Positions 1 through 9,345 of a DNA stretch of 64,000 bases are shown one piece after another. Both the position numbers and the translations under genes were made by a program. The notes under the pieces are model-generated. The model saw only the letters and a list, made by a program, of their open reading frames with translations. It made no database searches and had not been told where the DNA came from. This DNA comes from an uncultured Candidatus Binatia bacterium (GTDB taxonomy: Bacteria; Desulfobacterota; Binatia; Bin18): positions 1,103,008-1,167,007 of the forward strand of contig OZ243961.1 of NCBI GenBank assembly GCA_965214605.1, in the 5' to 3' direction. The first letter of the stretch is position 1. Each line of letters starts with the position of its first letter.

Positions 1-233
1 GCCGGGGCTTCTGTGCCGAATGTGGCTGTCCGGTCTTTATCGATGCCAAACTCGTGCCAGACCTGATGGGTCTGTGGGCCGCCAGCTTAGACGATCCCAA
101 CCGCTTCACTCCCCAGGTCGAGGTGTGGACGGCCAGCGCTCCAACCTGGGCGTACCTGCAACCGGAGCTGGACAAATACGAGCACGCGCCAAATGAAGAG
201 CAGATGCGCTACATTCTGGCGTCTCGGGCCTAG
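1..233 (+). CDS. GFA-family (glutathione-dependent formaldehyde-activating / CENP-V-like) protein, C-terminal fragment. The 5' end lies outside the window.
   Basis: Frame 3 translates without stops to the TAG at 231-233: ...RGFCAECGCPVFIDAKLVPDLMGLWAASLDDPNRFTPQVEVWTASAPTWAYLQPELDKYEHAPNEEQMRYILASRA. The Cys-rich CxxCGC motif is typical of GFA/Mss4-like zinc-binding folds. It is absent from the ORF track because it has no in-window start codon. Confidence 0.4.
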   Translation, partial: RGFCAECGCPVFIDAKLVPDLMGLWAASLDDPNRFTPQVEVWTASAPTWAYLQPELDKYEHAPNEEQMRYILASRA

Positions 234-309
234 GGGAGAAAGAAAAGGCAAAGAGCAAAAAATCTCCCCACATATTTGTAATGGCAGCCCTTTCTGATAT
301 ATCCCTAGG

Positions 310-1098
310 GTGAGCTTTACGGGAGGAGTGCCTATGGGTCGCTTGGATGGAAAAGCGATTATTCTGACGGGGGCCGCGCGCGGACAGGGAGCGGTTGCCG
401 CGGAGACGTTTGCCAAGGAAGGAGCACGGCTCCTGCTGAGCGACGTGTTAAGCGAGAAGGGCGAGCGGGTGGCAGCCAAAATTAATGCGGACGGGGGGCA
501 GGCCGTATTCGAAGTCGGCGATGTCTCGCAGGAAGCCGACCCACCGCGTTTGGCAGAGCGCTGCGCCTCGGCCTTCGGGCGGATCGACGTCTTATACAAC
601 AATGCCGGAGTCATTCTCGGCAAACCCATTCAGGACACCAGTCTTGACGAGTGGAATCAGATTCTGCGGATTGACCTGACCGGCCCGTTTTTAATGAGCA
701 AGGCGGTCATTCCTCACATGATGACTCAAAAGAGCGGCTCCATCATCAATATCTCTTCGGCCGGTGGTATTGTTGGCTATCCCTCTATGGCCGCCTACGG
801 GGCAGCCAAAGGCGGCCTAGTCAATCTGACCCGCTGTATGGCGGTCGATCTAGCCAGCTACAATATCCGGGTCAACGCAATCTGTCCGGGCGCAATCGAT
901 ACCCCCATGCCACGTGCGTATATCAAGAACATGGAAAACAAAGAGGCGGCCTGGCAGCAGATTGCGGATGCCCATCTGTTAAAGCGCTTTGGCAGGCCGA
1001 TCGAGGTCGTTCATCTGGCGCTGTTCCTGGCCGCTGATGAATCAAGCTTTATGACCGGTTCGATCATTCCGGTCGATGGTGGGCAGACGGCGTATTAA
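310..1098 (+). CDS. Short-chain dehydrogenase/reductase (SDR) family oxidoreductase
   Basis: N-terminal TGAARGQG dinucleotide-binding motif, NNAG motif, and the catalytic S...YxxxK (SAGG...YGAAKGG) of classical SDRs. Confidence 0.85.
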   Translation: MSFTGGVPMGRLDGKAIILTGAARGQGAVAAETFAKEGARLLLSDVLSEKGERVAAKINADGGQAVFEVGDVSQEADPPRLAERCASAFGRIDVLYNNAGVILGKPIQDTSLDEWNQILRIDLTGPFLMSKAVIPHMMTQKSGSIINISSAGGIVGYPSMAAYGAAKGGLVNLTRCMAVDLASYNIRVNAICPGAIDTPMPRAYIKNMENKEAAWQQIADAHLLKRFGRPIEVVHLALFLAADESSFMTGSIIPVDGGQTAY

Positions 1099-1099
1099 A

Positions 1100-1795
1100 T
1101 CAGTCTGAACGCACGGTCCATTTCTTCAATTGCAACACCAGGCGTTGCCGCTCGTTGAGGCTCAGATTGCCGCTGCCCTCAAGCAGCGGGAACGTTTCGT
1201 CGCGCTGCACCATCCCAACGCCCGGAGCGTACAGGCTGATCACCGTCACCTTGCCACCTTTACTCCAGTGCATAACCTCGACACAGTCTTCGAAAGTCCC
1301 GGCTGGGAGGGTCACGGCTTGGTCTAGGGCGGTAATCTCATACCGGCCGTCGTTGTTCTCCCACACTGTCCCAGTCCGTAGGGGTCTTTTGAGGAAAAAT
1401 GTAGGTCCGGCATCTGTGCTCGGCTTGTCTTGTAGCTGGGCTCGAAATTTCCTGTGGATCATCGGCTGGGGTTGGAGGTCAACATTTATATCGTTATTGG
1501 TCAGGCGCTCAATACCGTCGGCCGTTGGCCGAAACTCCTCCTCAAAACTGGCGGTCGCCAACGAATCGGTCGTAATTTTGACCACAAACACGTCCTCTTC
1601 CTCACGAACAACTTCCCACTCTTCGGTACTGCTGCCCGCGCTGCCCTCATATAGCCAGCGATTCCCCACCGCCAGCGGGAAATAGGTCACCAGGTCCGGT
1701 TGTGCCCCAGCCACACCCTGTAGCCACAGCACGATAGCGACAACCCCGATGACCACAGAGCCGCGGTGCGCACGTTTCTTCGATCGATTTCCCAT
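1100..1795 (-). CDS. Hypothetical membrane-anchored or secreted protein
   Basis: The likely start is the internal Met (MGNRSKKRAHRG...) preceded by a GAGGAGG ribosome-binding site. A basic n-region is followed by the hydrophobic helix VVIGVVAIVLWLQGVAGA. No recognisable catalytic motif. Confidence 0.5.
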   Translation of the reverse strand: MGNRSKKRAHRGSVVIGVVAIVLWLQGVAGAQPDLVTYFPLAVGNRWLYEGSAGSSTEEWEVVREEEDVFVVKITTDSLATASFEEEFRPTADGIERLTNNDINVDLQPQPMIHRKFRAQLQDKPSTDAGPTFFLKRPLRTGTVWENNDGRYEITALDQAVTLPAGTFEDCVEVMHWSKGGKVTVISLYAPGVGMVQRDETFPLLEGSGNLSLNERQRLVLQLKKWTVRSD

Positions 1796-1857
1796 CGTCC
1801 TCCTCGCCCAGTGTTCATCTTGCACACAGACCGGGCGACCAGATAAAGGATTGTACC

Positions 1858-3996
1858 ATGACCAAACGAGAAAGACACACTGGCTGTGGTGAGCAGATGA
1901 CCCTGCTCACCCGGCGCGCCAGGGACGACCTCGGCACGCTAGTCGGCCAGTTGACAAGCGCCCAAGGAGACCGGCGCCGTGAGCTGCAAGCCCTTCTCCA
2001 ACGCCGGCTGACCGATCCAGGCCAGTTGGCAGACAGTTCGGTCCTGCCGGCTGACCACCCGCTGAGACGCCAGGCAAGGATTGTTCAGCAGCTGTTCAGC
2101 GCCGTCACTACTGCTCCGCTGTCGACGGGCGCCCTGGCCGGCTTAGACACCATCCCGCGCCAATCTCCGCTGGCACCCTGGAAATTACTCATCCGCGCAC
2201 TTGATGCGTTTTATCGCCGCGCAGATGAACTGGCTGAAGCCAATCTGGCCCGGATCCCGGCCGATTCCGGTCCGGGCCGTTTGGTCCCAGTCCTGCGAGC
2301 CCTGCTGAGTAAAACCGATACACTGGCTGAGTCGGAATTTCCCGACCCCAGCGCTCATGTAGCGGCCCTGTTGGAGCAGGTCAGCGCCGGCAATCACGCC
2401 CGACGCAGCCAGCTCAGCCAGGCACTGCTCTCTCATAACGAAAACCCTCCCCGCGCCACCCTACAACCCTTCCTCCCGTGGCTGGCCACTCTTCCGGCTA
2501 GCCATAGACACACGTTTATAAGGACGATGTTACACCACTGGCAACGGAATGGGGGGCTGTCACCCGGCCTCATAGACCTCCTCAGCCATCAAAGCATTGA
2601 CCCCGATATGCAGCGTCTTGCTGCCCTCAGCCTTGAACACCGCCACTGGGACGGGGCACTGCTGCTGTGGGACGCCTACCTCAGCGCGGCTCAGGCCGCA
2701 GGGCGGCTGTCTCCGAGCAGCCCGGAAACCGTTCATATTCTGCTGCATATGAGCGATCTGTTTCCGTCCGCTCCGCAGCAGATACTAGACGATTTAGGCC
2801 TGGCTTCTGAACAAGCACTCCGGCACCTGATCCGCACCGGCCAGTTTCCGGCCGTCTTTGATCGGGCCGCCCTGCTTGACCGGGCACGTCAAGCCGTCGG
2901 GGCTCTCTCGCCTCAACTCGGAGCACGGGTCTTTCGGGCCTCACTCGCCTACCATGAGCGGCGCGATGTCAAACGGGCCGAGGCTGAGGCCGAAGCCTGG
3001 CACAGCGCCTATCCGCACGATCTTGAGCCCCTGCTCTACCTGCTTGAAACCGCAGAAAAGCGTGGCGCAGTCCGAAAAGCGCTCGATTTTGTAGCCAAAG
3101 CAGAAGCCCTGAACCGCCTCCATCCCCAGCTACGGCACAGCCGGTTTCGGCTCCTGTTATCAAGAGCCGAGCGGCGGATTCAAGAGGCCAAATCCACGCT
3201 GGCCTTGGCCGATCTGGAACGCCTAGCCCAAGAACCACGAGCCAACGAGGGCGATACCAAAGCTTATCTGTTGTCTCTCAACTGGGCGCTCGCCCACAAA
3301 ATGGGCGATGCCGCCAGCGCCCAAAATCTGGCGCAGACCTTAGCCAGAACGGTCAACAATCAGGCTCTGCACGCCCTGATCCTCGCCACTGTGAGTGAGA
3401 TTACCAAAGTCTCTCGCCCTCAATGGTCAGCGAAAATTCCGTCCCTCCAGGCGATTGAGGGGCTGGCGCGGGCATGTGCCCTGTTTGGGGCGCTGAACCA
3501 TCGGGTAGCTGTACCGGACAGTTTCGTGAGCCAGGTTGAAAAAAACCTGGACAAGGCCACTGTGGCTCAGTTGCACGCCCTGTGTCACGGCGGCTTAGCC
3601 ATCGGGCAGCCAACCCTGACCTATATCGCTGCCGGTCACGGGCTGCGCTACCCAGAACCCCACCTGCACCGTTTTCTGTTGGCTCGCGGCAAAAGCCTAG
3701 GGGGAATACTCACCCATGCTCACCAAACCCGAGCCCGCAACTGTCTACGGGCGGCCCGTGAGTTGGCCAACCGGACACGGGATAAAGAGGCAACGGACCA
3801 GGCAGCGGCAGCACTCGACACACTGCCGACCTGGGGAGAGATAGAGGCCGTGCTGCTTGCTGCTCCCCACCACCCGCCTAGTCAGGCACAAATAGACCTG
3901 GCTCTTGAGGTCGAACGCCGTCATACTACGCCGCCACGTCTGGCCGGCCACGCGGCCGCTCACAGGCCCACTTTATCACAAGAAGCCTTGCGATAG
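1858..3996 (+). CDS. Large (712 aa) Ala/Leu/Arg-rich alpha-helical protein of unknown function, possibly TPR-like. First gene of the Hsp70 operon.
   Basis: Long uninterrupted ORF with an AAGGA ribosome-binding site. Its stop lies 17 nt before the J-domain gene. Repetitive helical composition (for example ...AEAEAEAWHSAYPHDLEPLLYLLETAEKRG...). No catalytic motif recognised. Confidence 0.55.
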   Translation: MTKRERHTGCGEQMTLLTRRARDDLGTLVGQLTSAQGDRRRELQALLQRRLTDPGQLADSSVLPADHPLRRQARIVQQLFSAVTTAPLSTGALAGLDTIPRQSPLAPWKLLIRALDAFYRRADELAEANLARIPADSGPGRLVPVLRALLSKTDTLAESEFPDPSAHVAALLEQVSAGNHARRSQLSQALLSHNENPPRATLQPFLPWLATLPASHRHTFIRTMLHHWQRNGGLSPGLIDLLSHQSIDPDMQRLAALSLEHRHWDGALLLWDAYLSAAQAAGRLSPSSPETVHILLHMSDLFPSAPQQILDDLGLASEQALRHLIRTGQFPAVFDRAALLDRARQAVGALSPQLGARVFRASLAYHERRDVKRAEAEAEAWHSAYPHDLEPLLYLLETAEKRGAVRKALDFVAKAEALNRLHPQLRHSRFRLLLSRAERRIQEAKSTLALADLERLAQEPRANEGDTKAYLLSLNWALAHKMGDAASAQNLAQTLARTVNNQALHALILATVSEITKVSRPQWSAKIPSLQAIEGLARACALFGALNHRVAVPDSFVSQVEKNLDKATVAQLHALCHGGLAIGQPTLTYIAAGHGLRYPEPHLHRFLLARGKSLGGILTHAHQTRARNCLRAARELANRTRDKEATDQAAAALDTLPTWGEIEAVLLAAPHHPPSQAQIDLALEVERRHTTPPRLAGHAAAHRPTLSQEALR

Positions 3997-4012
3997 GATG
4001 TGGTGCTTAACA

Positions 4013-4321
4013 ATGAAAAACACCGCCATGCTCAACCCTTTTGTCGTTCTCAATGTTAAAGACACCGCCGATGATGAGACCATTCGGGCGGCCTATGTGC
4101 GAGCCCTCAGGCATTCCCCACCAGACCGCGATCCGGAAGGATTTGGCCGGATTCGGGATGCGTATGAAGCGATTCGGGATGCCGAAAAACGTCTCGCCTA
4201 TCGCCTGTTCGGTCCGTTGCCGCTCGCCCGAGTTGAGGACCTATTTGATCTCATACCAGACGAACGGCGGCATCTCGGTCCAGAGCCGTGGTTAAATATC
4301 CTGCGGGGGGCACAACGGTGA
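4013..4321 (+). CDS. J-domain (DnaJ-like) co-chaperone with a non-canonical HPD region
   Basis: MKNTAMLNPFVVLNVKDTADDETIRAAYVRALRHSPPDRDPEGFGRIRDAYEAIRDAEKRLAY matches the J-domain helix II-loop-helix III pattern (AY+.L..k.HPD.n..A...F..i..AYe.L.d..kR). The HPD tripeptide reads H-S-P-P-D instead. The start is chosen at the first ATG after the upstream stop. Confidence 0.6.
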   Translation: MKNTAMLNPFVVLNVKDTADDETIRAAYVRALRHSPPDRDPEGFGRIRDAYEAIRDAEKRLAYRLFGPLPLARVEDLFDLIPDERRHLGPEPWLNILRGAQR

Positions 4322-5016
4322 GCAGGTTCACTGCGGACCAACGTCAACGTCTGCTAGAGACTGTCCAATCCTGGCTTGACGAACTCGATCAGGCAGAGCC
4401 GGCCCCGTCGGGTCTTTCCCCTGACATCATGGCTTCACCTGAGCCAGTTCCCGATCTGTTTTCTGTACTTGGGCAGCTGAGCGCGCTGACTCGTGAGACC
4501 CAGCTGCAAGGCCGGGCCACCAACCGTCTGCACACCGAACTTGGTCAGACCCTAGACGGGCTGGCCGAGCAAGTTGCCCAAAGCGAGACATCCACCTCTG
4601 GCCAAGCCTTAGTCCGCCAACTGAGCCAGGCACGGCGCGAGACGCGCACCGAACTCGTATCCGAGCTGCTTGAGGTCCGCGACCACCTGAGCCGTAATCT
4701 GATCGAGGCCGAGCGGCGGCTCACCAACTTGAGCGGCCTACGTGCCCGTCTTGGCCAACGTCCGGTGCTCGAAGCCCTCGTCAAAGGCACGCATCTGGCC
4801 CAGGAGCGGCTCGACGATCTGCTGCGGCGGCTGGATGTGTACGAGATTGCATGTCTTAACGCGGCATTCGATCCAAATCTGATGCGAGCAACCGCAGTCA
4901 GTCACACCACCACTGCAGTTCCAGGCACGGTAATCGCAGTTATCCGTCCCGGCTACACCTGTAACGGCCAGGTCATACGTTTTGCCGAAGTAAAGGTGGC
5001 CAAGAACAAGGAATGA
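4316..5016 (+). CDS. GrpE-like nucleotide-exchange factor
   Basis: The C-terminal FDPNLMRATAV...GTVIAVIRPGYTCNGQVIRFAEVKVAK matches the GrpE signature (FDP..HeA ... V..V...GY.l.g.viRpA.V.V), preceded by a long helical region. A GTG start overlaps the J-gene stop (GTGA), indicating translational coupling. Confidence 0.6.
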
Positions 5017-5048
5017 GAAACGGCGGAGAAAGACGCTGACCAACGACC

Positions 5049-6917
5049 ATGACACATGACACTATCCTTGGCATTGACCTGGGCACCACCACCTCCGAGG
5101 TTGCGGCCATCGTCGGTGGCGAAGTCCAGGTGTTGGCCGTTGACGGCGAGCGGACGATGCCTTCGGTCGTCGGCCTCACTCCAGACAACCGTATCCTGGT
5201 TGGCACCCCGGCTCGGAATCAATACCCCTTGTATCCAACCCGCACGGTGAAGTCGATCAAACGCCTGATGGGCTCCTCTCAACAGGTCGTGCTGGGCCGG
5301 CACAGCTATTCCCCACCAGAAATCTCAGCCCTGATCCTACGCAGACTGAAAACACGCGCTGAGACTGTCCTGGGCCGCTCACTCCCCCGAGCGGTTATCA
5401 CCGTGCCGGCCTATTTCTCCGACGCCCAACGCCAAGCCACCCGAGACGCCGGCCACATCGCCGGCCTGGAGGTCGTCCGTATTCTCAATGAACCGACCGC
5501 CGCAGCCCTGGCCTATGGCGCCGACCGGCGGGGAGAGCGCACAGTCCTGATTTATGACCTGGGCGGAGGGACGTTCGATGTGTCCCTGGTCCAGGTCCGG
5601 GACGAGATTACCGAGGTCATCGCCAGTCACGGCAACAACCACCTGGGCGGTGATGATTTCGACCAGCGGTTGTTGGACTGGGTCCATGACCAGTTTGTCC
5701 AGTCGGGCGGCCCAGACATTCGAACCGATCCCATAGCTATGAGCCGTCTATTATGTGCGGTTGAGGAGGCCAAAAAGCGCCTGAGCTTTGAGCCCTACAC
5801 CCGTATTCGGGAAGAGCATTTGGCCGAACAAAATGGGGTCCCAGTCCACCTTGATCTGGAAATATCTCGGGCGGACTATGAACTGTTGATCCAGCATCTG
5901 GTGGAAACCACCCTGGACAGCGTGCATCAAGCACTGAACGACGCAGGGAAGCGGCCGGACCAGATTGACGAGGTGCTGCTGGTCGGTGGCGCGAGTCGTA
6001 CGCCGCTGGTATCCCAGCTTCTTGAAGACAAGACCGGCTTAGTCCCCCACCAAGACCTCCAGCCCGAGCTGTGTGTCGCCTTTGGGGCCGGGGTGTTAGC
6101 CGCCCGCCAGGCGGGCCACAATATTGATCGGGTTTTGGTCGATATCTCGCCCTACTCTTTTGGTCCGTCGCACCTTGGTTTTCTGAACGGTAGACCGTAT
6201 GAACACTGTTACCACCCGATTATTCGGCGCAACACGCCCCTGCCAGTCAGCCGCACCGACTCCTACCATACGCTGGTTGACGGGCAAGCCGACTGGCAGG
6301 TATCCGTCTATCAGGGCGACGATCCAGACGCCTTAAACAACATTTTGGTTGGACGCTTCTGCGTGGAAGGACTCTCCCACGTGCCGGCCGGCAATGAGAT
6401 GCTGTGCCGTATGGAACTCGATCTGGATGGAATTCTCAAAGTCACGGCTATTGAGAAGCGCACCGGTTTGGCCCGGCACATTACGATTGAGGGAGCTACT
6501 ACTGCCATGTCAGCCGAGGATCTGGCCCAAGCCCGTCAGCGTACGCACGACTTATTGGCCCAGGACTGCACAGACACGGCCGAAGCGTTTGAGCAGGAGG
6601 AGATACATTCCGGCCGGACCGAACTGACGACATACGAGAACGCTGATGGCCACCAGAGCCGGATGAAACCAGCGTTGACGTTTGTGGAAACCACCCAGGA
6701 CCGCGAAAGCCAAGAGCTGCGCCAACACGTGTTTGCCGCCGGCCGCCTGTTAGAGCGAAGCCGTCGCCTGCTGAAAAAAATGACGCCTGAAGACCAACAA
6801 GAGGCGCTCGAGCTGCACCAACAAATCGAGGAGGCGCTGCGGATACAGAATTGGGACTATCTCCACACGGCAATTACCGAGCTGACCGATCTGCTGTTTT
6901 ATGTCGAAGAAGCCTAG
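5049..6917 (+). CDS. Hsp70-family chaperone (DnaK paralog) with a divergent substrate-binding domain
   Basis: The nucleotide-binding domain carries IDLGTTTS (phosphate 1), DLGGGTFDVSLV (phosphate 2), LLVGGASRTP (adenosine motif) and NEPTAAALAYG. The C-terminal half diverges from canonical DnaK. Confidence 0.85.
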   Translation: MTHDTILGIDLGTTTSEVAAIVGGEVQVLAVDGERTMPSVVGLTPDNRILVGTPARNQYPLYPTRTVKSIKRLMGSSQQVVLGRHSYSPPEISALILRRLKTRAETVLGRSLPRAVITVPAYFSDAQRQATRDAGHIAGLEVVRILNEPTAAALAYGADRRGERTVLIYDLGGGTFDVSLVQVRDEITEVIASHGNNHLGGDDFDQRLLDWVHDQFVQSGGPDIRTDPIAMSRLLCAVEEAKKRLSFEPYTRIREEHLAEQNGVPVHLDLEISRADYELLIQHLVETTLDSVHQALNDAGKRPDQIDEVLLVGGASRTPLVSQLLEDKTGLVPHQDLQPELCVAFGAGVLAARQAGHNIDRVLVDISPYSFGPSHLGFLNGRPYEHCYHPIIRRNTPLPVSRTDSYHTLVDGQADWQVSVYQGDDPDALNNILVGRFCVEGLSHVPAGNEMLCRMELDLDGILKVTAIEKRTGLARHITIEGATTAMSAEDLAQARQRTHDLLAQDCTDTAEAFEQEEIHSGRTELTTYENADGHQSRMKPALTFVETTQDRESQELRQHVFAAGRLLERSRRLLKKMTPEDQQEALELHQQIEEALRIQNWDYLHTAITELTDLLFYVEEA

Positions 6918-6935
6918 CCACGGAGACTCTCCAGC

Positions 6936-7304
6936 GTGTCTGACAGCACTCCTTCTTCCTCCGGCACTCCTCGTTCATCACTGCAAGAGGCACATTGTCC
7001 AACCTGCCGGGCAGCTTGGCGTGGGGCGGCTGTCTGCGCCCGATGTGGGACCGACCTAGACCCGCTCATGCGTCTGGCAACAAAAGCCTGGCAGCTACGT
7101 GAGCGGTCCCGTCAAGCCCTAGGTGCAGAGGACCGCGCTGCCGAAGCCCTGGCCTGGGCCGAGGTTGCCTGTCAGCTCCAGGCAACGACACGCGGCCTGC
7201 GCTTACTAGCCTTGGCCTTGCTTGCCAACGGTGCCGTGGCAGAGGCAGTGGCGATGATTGAGCAAATCTCCAAGGGGGAGGAGGCTCGCTGTACCCGCGT
7301 ATGA
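6936..7304 (+). CDS. Zinc-ribbon protein (CPTC...CARC) with a helical C-terminal region. Last gene of the Hsp70 operon.
   Basis: GTG start 19 nt after the Hsp70 stop, with a GGAG ribosome-binding site. Two CxxC pairs (CPTCRAAWRGAAVCARCG) are followed by an Ala-rich helical tail. Confidence 0.45.
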   Translation: MSDSTPSSSGTPRSSLQEAHCPTCRAAWRGAAVCARCGTDLDPLMRLATKAWQLRERSRQALGAEDRAAEALAWAEVACQLQATTRGLRLLALALLANGAVAEAVAMIEQISKGEEARCTRV

Positions 7305-7958
7305 CACGTCGGCGACATGCCCACGCCTGTCTGCCGGAGACAGGATAAACATCCAGCGCGCTTGCCTGTCTTGGAATGATATCTGCGTTCGCGCCGCCGT
7401 ATTTGCCAACGAGGGCCAGACGCAGAGCTTCTCTAACGCCCCCTTCCATGTCTGCAGCGTCCAGTGCCGCTCGGCGGGCCCACTACGGGACACGTGTCAC
7501 CAAGCTCGACAACAACCGCGGCGATACCGCCTGTGCCTCGTGCTGACGCAGACGTTTTACCACTCTGGCGAGTCCGATTTGGCAGTCCTTGAACCTGCAG
7601 GAGCGCGGTCTGCAGAGTGGAGGGCTGGTATGCGCACGCGCCTTGACGTTGAAGTCATTGAGGTCGCGACGGCCCCAGATGCCCCAGGCCGCGAAGATCA
7701 AGCTGAGGGGCTCATTCGATAGCGGTCTCTGCCTAGTCGTGTGCCGAGAAGAGGGGTCGACATGCGTGACGAACACGGGAGCTCTGCAAACGTCCGGCGT
7801 TGAGACGCGTTTCGGACTCAGCCTCATGGTGGATTGGTCACAGCCGGCGTCCTAATGAGGCGACGGGCCGTATCAGTCGCGCGCTGGACGCAGATTTCGA
7901 ACCCGCTGTCCATCAAGACCGGGCTTAACTGCGTCTTGGACGAGATGGGCAAACAGCC

Positions 7959-9173
7959 CTAATCCTTGAACTCAGGTAAAATCTCGCTGCCGAAAAGTTC
8001 GAGCTGGCGCTTGGCCTCGTCCCAGGGCATCAGGCCCTGGTCGAAAAACCAGCCGAACCATTCTATACTGCTGTTCTTGTGCAAGGCTTCGAGTTCACGT
8101 TTGACATCGTCCACTGTGCCGACCAGGGCGTACTTGGACTCGACCATGCGCTCGAAGGTATTTGGAACCGGGGTGGTTTCACCTGGAAAGCGATACGCCT
8201 CAAAAAAGCCAAATCCGGAGAAATACTCGATAAAGCCGGCGCCCTGACACGTTGCGCCTAAAGAGTAGGCCTGGGGGTAGGAATCGCCGAGGTGAACTGA
8301 CCGAAAGGCGCCCACACTCTGGCCAAGCGTGAGGTGACGGCCAACCTTGGCTGCTTCGTCACGGTAGGCTTCGCACAGCTCACGGAACGACGGTGGATGG
8401 GCAGTCAGAATCCAGGGCACGATATTCTCGGCCGCACACCAACGGATCGTTTTTTCACTGACCGAGAACGGTTGCCAGATCGGCGGATGGGGCTGGGTAT
8501 AGGGTTTGGGCACGACACAGATGCGCTGGACTACCCCGTTCTCGTCTACCTCGCCCTTGGCCCCGTATTTGGCGGTCCAATTTTTGGCTACCGGCCAGCG
8601 CTGAATCCCATGTTCGTAGGGAGTTGGAACCTCATAGTACTTTGTTTTGAAACGAATTGACTCTTGGGTCCAGGCCATCTTCATGATCTTGAAGACCTCT
8701 TCAAAAACCGCCCGGTTGTGGATGTCCACCTCTGAGCCGTCCATTGGTGCACCGGTCACATGATAATGCTGGCCAAGCACGTTCGTCCAGCGATCTTGAT
8801 AGCCCCGGGCAAATCCAGCCACAAAACGGCCCTTGGTCAGGTGATCCAGCACCGCGATCTCTTCCGCCACCCGAATCGGGTCCCAGGTCGGCAGGACCAG
8901 TCCCAGCGAGGCAAACTTAATCCGCTCGGTACGGGCGGCCAGATCGGTATACAGTAATAGCGGCGCAATGGAGGCTTCATAGCCTTCTGAGTGAAAATGA
9001 TGCTCGGTGGTCGACAACGCATCAAAGCCCAGGTCTTCAGCCATGTGGGCGATATCCCGCACCTCTTTTAGGAGGTCCTGATACTTCTCATTATCCCGGC
9101 CGATCGGCCGCAGCTTTTCACGCTCTTCAAATGTGGCTGGGATAGTCGGCAGCAAGAATAGATTAAATTTCAT
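7959..9173 (-). CDS. Luciferase-like monooxygenase (LLM-class flavin/F420-dependent oxidoreductase)
   Basis: MKFNLFLLPTIP... N-terminus, TTEHHF and other TIM-barrel LLM motifs. A strong AGGAGG ribosome-binding site precedes the internal ATG (9173). The first 19 codons of the listed ORF are probably not translated. Confidence 0.8.
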   Translation of the reverse strand: MKFNLFLLPTIPATFEEREKLRPIGRDNEKYQDLLKEVRDIAHMAEDLGFDALSTTEHHFHSEGYEASIAPLLLYTDLAARTERIKFASLGLVLPTWDPIRVAEEIAVLDHLTKGRFVAGFARGYQDRWTNVLGQHYHVTGAPMDGSEVDIHNRAVFEEVFKIMKMAWTQESIRFKTKYYEVPTPYEHGIQRWPVAKNWTAKYGAKGEVDENGVVQRICVVPKPYTQPHPPIWQPFSVSEKTIRWCAAENIVPWILTAHPPSFRELCEAYRDEAAKVGRHLTLGQSVGAFRSVHLGDSYPQAYSLGATCQGAGFIEYFSGFGFFEAYRFPGETTPVPNTFERMVESKYALVGTVDDVKRELEALHKNSSIEWFGWFFDQGLMPWDEAKRQLELFGSEILPEFKD

Positions 9174-9345
9174 ACGCGATCCTCCTGTGAGCCAAATGGT
9201 TAGGCCACCCTCTTTGGCTAGCATATGCACGCCGTTCCGTCATTAGGGGCGGTAGCGTCCAATCCGTCGCGCCCCTCTCCCGCATTGTTCTTCCCGTCCG
9301 GACAGGCTATAAGTCGGGGGGCGCGTCACAAACGGAGGGAATATA

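Noticed and set aside
87-629. 180-aa ORF on the minus strand
   Set aside because: It is entirely antisense to the well-supported SDR gene at 310-1098. It has an Arg/Pro/Ser-rich composition, typical of shadow ORFs in high-GC DNA.
7305-7958. About 650 bp with only short overlapping ORFs. A GATTTCGAACC element resembling a tRNA T-loop (on the reverse strand) was examined as a possible tRNA.
   Set aside because: No matching acceptor-stem complement or D-arm could be assembled around the T-loop-like sequence. I could not support any ncRNA or CDS call here and left it unannotated. A weak hairpin, CCTGTCT-GCCGG-AGACAGG at about 7321-7339 after the zinc-ribbon gene, has no T-tract.
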